This document shows positions 56,784-64,000 of a DNA stretch of 64,000 nt, piece by piece (positions within the stretch are counted from its first letter, which is position 1; the number at the start of each line of letters is the position of its first letter). Origin of the DNA: Candidatus Eisenbergiella merdipullorum (GTDB lineage: Bacteria; Bacillota; Clostridia; Lachnospirales; Lachnospiraceae); NCBI GenBank assembly GCA_019118445.1, contig DWYY01000172.1, positions 532 through 64,531 of the forward strand, written 5' to 3'. The translations under genes were made by a program, and so were the position numbers. The notes beneath the pieces are model-generated. The model was not told where the DNA came from and ran no database searches. It was given only the letters and a program-made list of their open reading frames with translations.

Positions 56784-57971
56784 ATGCCGAATGTACGTGA
56801 ACTGGAAAATGCCCTTCCCGTTGCCCCGCTGAAGGTTCTCGCAATGGAATCAGCCGCGTCGCTGGGAGCCCGGGTAAATGATTATCTCGTTTCCTTCCGG
56901 AAAGATATGAAAAGCCCCAAGCATCAGGACCCTGCCTTTCAGGGATACATTGAAGACAGCTATCTGCTGGATGCTGTATGCCCCCGCTTCGGGAGCGGAG
57001 AGGCAAAGGGCAGCATCCACGAGTCCGTTCACGGCAAGGATGTGTTCATCATCGTGGATGTCTGCAACCACAGCCTGACTTATTCCATCAACGGCCATAT
57101 CAATCATAAATCCCCGGATGACAACTATCAGGATCTAAAGAGGATGATCGCGGCTGCTGCCGGCAAAGCCCGCCGCATCAACGTCATCATGCCCTTCCTG
57201 TATGAGGGCCGCCAGCACAGGAGGGCCGCCCGCGAATCCCTGGACTGCGCTTATATGCTGCGGGAGCTTGCGGATATGGGCGTGGACAATTTCATCACCT
57301 TCGACGCCCACGATCCCAGGGTGCAGAACGCGACGCCCTTAAACGGCTTCGACAATTTCACTCCGCCCTATCAGTTCATCCGCGCCCTAATGGATGTGGA
57401 AGACGACCTGCTCATTGACAAGGACCACACCATCGTCATCAGCCCGGATGAGGGAGCGCTGGACCGTGCCGTTTATTTCGGCAACGTCCTTGGCGTAAAT
57501 ACGGGCATGTTCTATAAACGCCGCGACTATTCCGTCGTCGTCAACGGGAAAAATCCCATCGTCGCCCATGAATTCCTGGGCGATAACATTGACGGCAAGG
57601 ACGTCATCATCATCGACGACATGATCTCCTCCGGGGAAAGCATGCTGGACACCTCCAGGCAGCTCAAGGAAATGAACGCAAAGCGCGTGTTCATCTGCTG
57701 CACCTTCGGCCTGTTCACCAACGGGCTGGAGTCCTTTGATAAGGCATACGAGAACTGCTGGTTTGACCGGGTGATCACCACCAACCTCACCTATCAGCCG
57801 CCGGAGCTTTATAGACGGCCCTATTATACCGAAGCGGACATGAGCAAGTTCATGGCGTCTATCATCGATTTCATGAACCATGACGTTTCCATGTCCCATG
57901 TGATGACGCCGACGGAAAAGATCAATGCGATCCTCGCGAAATATAACCGGAGAGAGGAATATCATATCTGA
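56784..57971 (+). CDS. prs: Ribose-phosphate pyrophosphokinase (long clostridial type)
   Basis: RFGSGE, PFLYEGRQ, FDAH, SPDEGA, IIIDDMISSGES. Confidence 0.92.
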   Translation: MPNVRELENALPVAPLKVLAMESAASLGARVNDYLVSFRKDMKSPKHQDPAFQGYIEDSYLLDAVCPRFGSGEAKGSIHESVHGKDVFIIVDVCNHSLTYSINGHINHKSPDDNYQDLKRMIAAAAGKARRINVIMPFLYEGRQHRRAARESLDCAYMLRELADMGVDNFITFDAHDPRVQNATPLNGFDNFTPPYQFIRALMDVEDDLLIDKDHTIVISPDEGALDRAVYFGNVLGVNTGMFYKRRDYSVVVNGKNPIVAHEFLGDNIDGKDVIIIDDMISSGESMLDTSRQLKEMNAKRVFICCTFGLFTNGLESFDKAYENCWFDRVITTNLTYQPPELYRRPYYTEADMSKFMASIIDFMNHDVSMSHVMTPTEKINAILAKYNRREEYHI

Positions 57972-60601
57972 CGCATTCCGTTTTCCGGTCCACACGTATC
58001 CTGGGCTATGCAGGGAAAGATCAGGATCACCTTGAACAGATCTCCGTCCAGGTAGATATCAAATTTTCCGTTCTGCAGCTCAGTCAGGTTTTTTGCAATG
58101 GACAGGCCCAAGCCGCTCCCTTCCGTGCTCCGCGACACATCTCCGCGGATGAAGCGTTCCGTCAGCTCATCCGCGTTTATATTGAGCGGCTGTGCCGAAA
58201 TATTTTTCATGGAAAAAGCCGCCATCCTCTGCCCGTTCTCTGTCCTCTCCGCAAGATCCAGATAGACCCGTGTGCCCTCCAGCGCATATTTATATACATT
58301 TCCGAACAGATTTTCCACCACGCGCCAGATCCTTCTGCTGTCCGCCTCGATATATACCGGTCTCTCCGGCATGTTCGGGATGACCTGCAGGCATTTTTCT
58401 TCCATTTTTTCCGCAAATTCCCCAATCGTCTGATTGATCAGCTCCACAAAATTGATCCGCTCCATCTGAAGAGAAATGTTGCCCGATGAGATCTTGGAAG
58501 CCTCCACCAGATCATCCGTGAGCTGCTTGAGCCTCTGTGATTTGGAATCCAGCACCTCGATATAACCCCGGATCCTCTCATCCTGTATCTGCTCCCGTTT
58601 CAGGAGATTGACGAAATTGATGATGCTGGTCAGCGGAGTCTTGATATCATGGGAGACATTGGTGATCAGATCCGCCTTCAGGCGTTCATCCTTCATGCTC
58701 GTCGCCACCGCGTCATGTATCCCGTCGCCTATGCTGTTCACCGCTTCCGCCAGGGCGCGGTTCTCGCCGTGCATCCGCGAGGCGTCGATCTTCGCGTCAA
58801 ATCTGCCTCCCCCGATGGTCTGTGTCCCTTCCACGATGCTCTGCAGATCCTTTCTCTCCAGATAAAGCAGGCAGGCCGCGGCTACATCCACGATCCCGGC
58901 CGCCAGGATCCCCGGCGTCCTTGCGAAAATCCCCATGAAAAGATTGAACAGCACGATCAGCAGAAACGGGATGAGTTCACGGCTCACGATACTGCTGTGT
59001 TCATACAGGCCGACCGCCGTTTTCCGGATCTGCCTTCCCAGCTTCCACAGCAGAGAGCCTCTCCAGAACATGTGCGCCTTCAGCCTGCGCACCAGGCTCA
59101 GATAGAGGGAAGTGGCCGCCGAATCCAGCACCAGGACGACGAGGGCCGCTGCCGCCGCAAGCAGAAAAGGATCCACATTTTCCCCGAGGAAGCTGTAATT
59201 TTCATAGCGGACGACCACTTCAAACGCATAAGCCAGCGCCAACAGGCCAGCTGCAACCAGCAGGATCCCTGCCACAGGAAATTCTGTCGGTATCCGGTCG
59301 CTCCTTTTCAGGCAGATCACATAGCCTTCCCCGCCGTCCGTTTCCTGTCTGCCCTCATAGATGGTGATCCTCACGAGAAGCCAGAGCGCAAGGATGACCG
59401 CAAGCGTTCCCGCTCCCACCGTCTGCCAGTAATAGGGCATGAAACGCATAAAGGCATTTCTTGCCCGGGCAAGCCCGTCGTCCGCCGGATATGCCGTATC
59501 CACGCCGATCCAGACCCTGGAGCCCTCCCCGAAGGCATACTCGTAGTACCCCAGGAAAGACCGCATCTTCTCCGCCGTCACATCCGTGTTGGTCTGCATT
59601 TCCACATTGTCCGGGTTATAGTACAAATTCCTACCAAAACTGGAAAAATATTCCGTGATCTCATTTTCCCCCATCCCGGCAAGATCCATGGATACATTTG
59701 TGAAAAAGCAGGTCTTTCCGTCCACCGGCATCTGATAGCAGTAACGGATATTCGAGCGCTTCGCGCTGTAATAGTTTTTAAAGCTGCTGTATTCCGTAAA
59801 ATTGTAGCAGAGCTGATTTGCCGCATCCACCAGGGTATTGCGCAGCGCGATGTAATCCTGAAGACTGGAGGCATAATCCGCCAGATCCAGCCCGTCGGCC
59901 GAATAGTATCTGGGGACCAGGATGTCCACAGCAAGGACCAGGGAGGGATCCGTCTCTTGTCCGTTCTCCTCAGCGCGCTCCAGCCAGGCTTCCAGGGAAT
60001 CCGGCATCTCAGCGATGATGCGCAGGCTCAGCAGGTCCGAGCCGGCCGCATGTACCGAATTTTTGATGGCCTGCCTGGTCAGCTCCGACTGCAGGCTGTA
60101 ATCGCTGATGCTGGGATTGCCATCCGCTGCGCTTTCCTCCGCCCATGTGGCAAAATACCGATCAAATTCATCCTGTGTCCCGTAAACCGTCTCATAACTG
60201 AAGCCATAATTGCTCCATTTTACCAGGTCATCCAGATAATATTCCGCCGTGATCTCCTCTTCATCCAGCGTGTTGGCACGGTTGACATATCCTGCGATGT
60301 CGATCCGCTTCTTTCCGTCATAGGCCCCGTCTGTCTCCAACTGGCTGCGTATCACCGCCATCCTGGTGACATCCCTGAGCTCTTTTACAAAGATATCGTC
60401 GAAAATCTCAGAGTCCTCGAACAAAGTCTTCTGCGCGAGCGGAGAGACAAAATAATTTGTCGTGCCATCCGTACTCTCCACCGTGATAAACGAATTTGCG
60501 AAAACGGCAGCCGCACATCCGGCCGCCAAAGCGATCATCAGCCGCACCAGGAACAGCAGGACGGCCCTCTTTCCCCTTCCACAGACATATTTTCTTCCCA
60601 C
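57962..60601 (-). CDS. Membrane sensor histidine kinase with a large extracellular domain
   Basis: H-box NVSHDIKTPLTS, ENLFGNVYKY, ERFIRGD, GSGLGLSI; GTG start at 60601 after AGGAGG. Confidence 0.92.
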   Translation of the reverse strand: MGRKYVCGRGKRAVLLFLVRLMIALAAGCAAAVFANSFITVESTDGTTNYFVSPLAQKTLFEDSEIFDDIFVKELRDVTRMAVIRSQLETDGAYDGKKRIDIAGYVNRANTLDEEEITAEYYLDDLVKWSNYGFSYETVYGTQDEFDRYFATWAEESAADGNPSISDYSLQSELTRQAIKNSVHAAGSDLLSLRIIAEMPDSLEAWLERAEENGQETDPSLVLAVDILVPRYYSADGLDLADYASSLQDYIALRNTLVDAANQLCYNFTEYSSFKNYYSAKRSNIRYCYQMPVDGKTCFFTNVSMDLAGMGENEITEYFSSFGRNLYYNPDNVEMQTNTDVTAEKMRSFLGYYEYAFGEGSRVWIGVDTAYPADDGLARARNAFMRFMPYYWQTVGAGTLAVILALWLLVRITIYEGRQETDGGEGYVICLKRSDRIPTEFPVAGILLVAAGLLALAYAFEVVVRYENYSFLGENVDPFLLAAAAALVVLVLDSAATSLYLSLVRRLKAHMFWRGSLLWKLGRQIRKTAVGLYEHSSIVSRELIPFLLIVLFNLFMGIFARTPGILAAGIVDVAAACLLYLERKDLQSIVEGTQTIGGGRFDAKIDASRMHGENRALAEAVNSIGDGIHDAVATSMKDERLKADLITNVSHDIKTPLTSIINFVNLLKREQIQDERIRGYIEVLDSKSQRLKQLTDDLVEASKISSGNISLQMERINFVELINQTIGEFAEKMEEKCLQVIPNMPERPVYIEADSRRIWRVVENLFGNVYKYALEGTRVYLDLAERTENGQRMAAFSMKNISAQPLNINADELTERFIRGDVSRSTEGSGLGLSIAKNLTELQNGKFDIYLDGDLFKVILIFPCIAQDTCGPENGMRQI

Positions 60602-60645
60602 TGCCGCATCCTCCTTTTCCTGCAAACGGCCGGTCCGTCTTCCAA

Positions 60646-61338
60646 CTACTGCTTTTCGATCTTATAGCCCACGCCCCATACGACCTTCAGATAGCGCGGC
60701 TCCTTAGGATTGATCTCAATCTTTTCCCGGATATGCCGGATGTGCACCGCCACCGTATTATCCGCTCCGATCGCTTCCTCCTCCCAGATGCTCTCATAAA
60801 TCTGGTTGATGGAAAACACCTTGCCCTGATTGCGCACCAGAAGCAGCAGGATATTATACTCGATCGGCGTCAGTTTCACAGGCTCGTCATCCACCGTCAC
60901 TTCCTTGGTATCATCATTGATGACCAGTCCGCCGGCCCGGAAGATTGCGTTGTTTTCCGTGTTCAGATTGCCAAGCTGCGTATACCTGCGCAGATGCGAC
61001 TTCACCCTTGCCACCAGCTCCAGGGGATTAAAAGGCTTGGTCACATAATCATCTGCCCCGATGTTCAGCCCCAGGATCTTGTCCGCGTCCTCAGATTTTG
61101 CGGACAGGATGATGATCGGGATGCTGCTGTACTCCCGGATCTTCAATGTGGCATGGATGCCGTCCAGCTTAGGCATCATCACATCGATGATCATCAGATG
61201 CACCTCATTCGACTTCAGCGCACGGATCGCCTGTTCACCATCATAGGCCCGGATCACATGATATCCCTCCTGGACCAGATAAATCTCGATTGCTTCCACG
61301 ATCTCTCTGTCGTCGTCACATACCAGAATATTCGTCAT
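60646..61338 (-). CDS. OmpR-family response regulator
   Basis: ILVCDDD, IDVMMP, GADDYVTKPF, VWGVGY. Confidence 0.95.
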   Translation of the reverse strand: MTNILVCDDDREIVEAIEIYLVQEGYHVIRAYDGEQAIRALKSNEVHLMIIDVMMPKLDGIHATLKIREYSSIPIIILSAKSEDADKILGLNIGADDYVTKPFNPLELVARVKSHLRRYTQLGNLNTENNAIFRAGGLVINDDTKEVTVDDEPVKLTPIEYNILLLLVRNQGKVFSINQIYESIWEEEAIGADNTVAVHIRHIREKIEINPKEPRYLKVVWGVGYKIEKQ

Positions 61339-61415
61339 CTTCCGTATCTCCTTCGTCTCCCTTTCAGTAAAACACATATCTTTTAACAAACAGGAAAGGA
61401 ACTCTGTATTTTTTC

Positions 61416-62324
61416 TTAATTTTCCTCAAGGAGCATGACAAACATGCCCATGTTGCCCCTCTTTCCTCCGCTCGCCCTGTGGGAAAACAGCCGTCCCGGA
61501 TTACAGCAGGTACAGATATCCGTCATGCTGATATGTTCAGGAAGGACCCCCGCCGAAAGGCAGACCGCCTCATTTGCCTTCCACAGATCCAGCAGATACT
61601 TCCCGTTCCCCTTTTCAAACAGGACCCGGGAGAGGCGGATCGGGACCTTCCGGAAATCCTTTCCCGAAAAAAGTATCCGAAAAGCATCCGCCACATCCTC
61701 GCTCACCTCATAACAGTCCCTGCAGATGGACGGCCCGATTCCCACCAGAAGGTCCTCCGGGCGGCTTCCAAATGCCTCCTGCATGGCATGTACCGTTTCT
61801 GCGCCCATGCCCCGCGCAGTCCCCCGCCAGCCGGAATGGGATAGGCCGACCGCGCGTTTTAGGGGATCGACGAACAGAAGCGGGACGCAGTCCGCATAAA
61901 AGGTCGCCAGCGCGATCCCTGGTTCGTCGGTGATCAGCCCGTCCACATCCCTGTAATCCTTAGGGCGGACCACGCCCTTTCCTCTGTCCGCGTTCGTTAC
62001 GCGCCGGATATTGGTGGTGTGCGTCTGGTCAGAACACACCATATCCTCCGGCAGGCAGCCCAGGAGCGCCGCTGCACGCCTGAAATTTTCCCTCACGTTT
62101 TCCGGTCTGTCCCCGCGCGAAAAGCCAAGGTTCAGGCTCCACAGATCCCCTTCGCTGACGCCTCCCGCCCGCATGGTCATCAGGTGGCTCACGACCCCGG
62201 TCCGGCTGATCGCCGGAAAGGTGAGATATTCCGCGCCGCTTTTTTCAGAAAGCGCCATTCCCGGCACAATGCCGGCTTTCCTTTTCAGTCCGTCCCCCTG
62301 CATCACAAGTTTCCTCCGTTTCAT
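61416..62324 (-). CDS. pgeF: YfiH/PgeF family purine nucleoside phosphorylase / peptidoglycan editing factor
   Basis: QTH, DGLIT, ADCVP, HSGWRG, GPSI, FSHR. Confidence 0.9.
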   Translation of the reverse strand: MKRRKLVMQGDGLKRKAGIVPGMALSEKSGAEYLTFPAISRTGVVSHLMTMRAGGVSEGDLWSLNLGFSRGDRPENVRENFRRAAALLGCLPEDMVCSDQTHTTNIRRVTNADRGKGVVRPKDYRDVDGLITDEPGIALATFYADCVPLLFVDPLKRAVGLSHSGWRGTARGMGAETVHAMQEAFGSRPEDLLVGIGPSICRDCYEVSEDVADAFRILFSGKDFRKVPIRLSRVLFEKGNGKYLLDLWKANEAVCLSAGVLPEHISMTDICTCCNPGRLFSHRASGGKRGNMGMFVMLLEEN

Positions 62325-62689
62325 TCCACATAATCAAAAGCATTCTGATACCAGTTTATCCGCTCCGCGCAGACCGCGACCACATCAAACCGTACCGGAA
62401 CGCTTTCTCCCAGATGTTTCCGATATAAATAATATTTTGCCGCCCGGCAGATCCGTTTCTGCTTGGCATATCCCACAGCTTCTTCGGGGAGGCCTGAAAA
62501 TCCATCTTTCCTGTATTTCACTTCAAAAAAGACCAGGTACTCCCCCTCCCGTCCGATCAGGTCGATCTCTCCCTGCCGGCACCGGAAGTTTCTTTCCAGG
62601 ATATGAACCCCTTTTTTCTCAAGAAAAAGGGCTGCTGCAGCCTCATAGGCTTCTCCGATTTCCCTCTTGTTCACTGTCGCCTCACACAA
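62321..62689 (-). CDS. YraN family putative endonuclease
   Basis: GEAYE, GEIDLI, FFEVKYR, RFDVV. Confidence 0.9.
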   Translation of the reverse strand: MCEATVNKREIGEAYEAAAALFLEKKGVHILERNFRCRQGEIDLIGREGEYLVFFEVKYRKDGFSGLPEEAVGYAKQKRICRAAKYYLYRKHLGESVPVRFDVVAVCAERINWYQNAFDYVE

Positions 62690-63449
62690 AATGTCCGATA
62701 AAGCTTTTCCTGTGGATCGGACATGGTCCGTACTTTTTCAGCGCTTCAATATGCGACGCCGCGCCGTAGCCTTTGTTCGCGGCAAAGCCGTATCCGGGAA
62801 AGACGCTGTCATATTTTTCCATCAGCCTGTCCCTCGTCACCTTCGCCACAATGCTGGCCGCCGCAATGGATGCGCTTTTTGCGTCCCCTTTGATGATGGG
62901 CACCTGCCGGATGGAAACGCCGGGTATCGTCACCGCGTCGTTTAACAGAACGGCAGGCCTGACAGAAAGCTGCGAAATAGCATCGCGCATGGCTTCATAG
63001 GTGGCCTGAAGGATATTGATCTCATCGATCCGCTCCGGGGAAGCGTATCCCACTCCCACCGCGATAGCCTTCTGCATGATCACCTCATACAGCTCTTCCC
63101 GCTTCTTTGCGGAAAGCTTCTTGGAATCGTTCAGATACAGGATCTCATCCTCCGGCAGGATGACCGCTCCCGCCACCACTGGACCGGCCAGAGGACCCCT
63201 TCCCGCCTCGTCGATGCCGCAGATGAACCCCTCTGTGCCGTATTCCCGCTCAAAACGCTTCATCTCCCACATCCGCTGCCGCTCTTTCTCAAGCACCTCC
63301 AGCTTCTTCCGCGCCCGCTCCGCAAGCGATCGCACCCCGGCGCGCTCATCCGCCCCGTACCGGGCGATCAGCTCTTCCAGCCTTTCCGGTTTCTTCTCAC
63401 AGACCTCACCGGCTTCTTCAAACTGCTTTTTTATCTCCTGTACGCTCAT
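62682..63449 (-). CDS. rnhB: Ribonuclease HII
   Basis: GIDEAGRGPLAGPV, DSKKL, IAAASIVAKV.RD, HRKSF. Confidence 0.96.
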   Translation of the reverse strand: MSVQEIKKQFEEAGEVCEKKPERLEELIARYGADERAGVRSLAERARKKLEVLEKERQRMWEMKRFEREYGTEGFICGIDEAGRGPLAGPVVAGAVILPEDEILYLNDSKKLSAKKREELYEVIMQKAIAVGVGYASPERIDEINILQATYEAMRDAISQLSVRPAVLLNDAVTIPGVSIRQVPIIKGDAKSASIAAASIVAKVTRDRLMEKYDSVFPGYGFAANKGYGAASHIEALKKYGPCPIHRKSFIGHFV

Positions 63450-63484
63450 CTGTCCTTCTCCGTCCTGATATCCGCAAAACGTTG

Positions 63485-64000
63485 TTATTGATGCTTCAGG
63501 ACCCCTATCCTGTTTAACGGCCAGATGCGCACCCACGCCTTGCCGATGATGTCATCCCGGTGGATATTCCCCACGCTGGCATCCCGGCTGTCCGAGCTGT
63601 TGTTGCGGTTATCTCCCAGTACAAAATACTCATCCTCGCCCAGCGTGATCGGTTCTGCCGCGAGCCCTGCAAAAAGAATGGGCTCCAGCCCGTAGTCTTC
63701 CTGCAGGATCTCTCCGTTAATATAGATATTTCCGGCAGGGTCGATCTGAACAGTTTCCCCCGGCAGGCCGATGATCCGCTTCACATAATACGTATTTTCC
63801 TCATACTGGAAAGGAAATACGATGATATCGAACCGCTCCGGATCCGAAAAATGATAGGTCAGCTTATCCATGATAAGCTGATCCCCGTTGTGCAGTGTCG
63901 GCTCCATAGAGCTTCCGCTTACGGACGTCCGCTGTCCTACAAAGGTAATGATCAGCCAGGTGCCCAACAGCACCACCAGAATATACAGAATGGTGCTGAA
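63485..64000 (-). CDS. lepB: Signal peptidase I (5' end outside the window)
   Basis: SGSSMEPTL (Ser), YVKRIIG (Lys), GDNRNNSSDSR. Confidence 0.93.
   Translation of the reverse strand, partial: FSTILYILVVLLGTWLIITFVGQRTSVSGSSMEPTLHNGDQLIMDKLTYHFSDPERFDIIVFPFQYEENTYYVKRIIGLPGETVQIDPAGNIYINGEILQEDYGLEPILFAGLAAEPITLGEDEYFVLGDNRNNSSDSRDASVGNIHRDDIIGKAWVRIWPLNRIGVLKHQ

Noticed and set aside
58649-60667. Long antisense ORFs (672 aa here; also 25926-27467, 29092-30489, 39667-40920, 23971-25218)
   Set aside because: They lie opposite well-conserved genes, show no motifs or RBS, and are expected shadows of GC-rich codon usage.

Overview
A core chromosomal segment from a spore-forming Clostridia genome, most likely Lachnospiraceae (inferred from gene content and order). 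About 60 intact housekeeping and sporulation genes lie mostly on the minus strand. They include lepB-rnhB-yraN-pgeF-two-component system, prs, der-plsY-gpsA, a GH3 glucosidase, LysR with a chromate-transporter pair, metF, aroA, T-box-pheST, apeA-queA, ruvAB-zapA-U32-SEDS-bPBP, a NUDIX hydrolase, ytfI/gerW, rpmB, yloU-fakA-recG-degV-parE-parC, rsmD-coaD and MarR-MATE. I saw no rRNA, tRNA, CRISPR array, integrase or transposase. The one accessory block is an AT-richer islet (~43.6-47.5 kb) with a WYL/YafY regulator, a 3-gene ABC-2 exporter, an operator-like palindrome at the exporter promoter and the remnant of another ABC gene. Other notable items: a LexA box and strong promoter inside a coding 5' end upstream of ruvAB, a candidate SD-sequestering pseudoknot leader on the NUDIX gene, a terminator-like leader on prs, a 9x (DDEADY)-type tail on the SEDS protein, a 50-aa membrane ORF missed by the ORF track, and a cupin pseudogene. 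None of these can be called a new system from sequence alone. All are candidates needing comparative or experimental tests.
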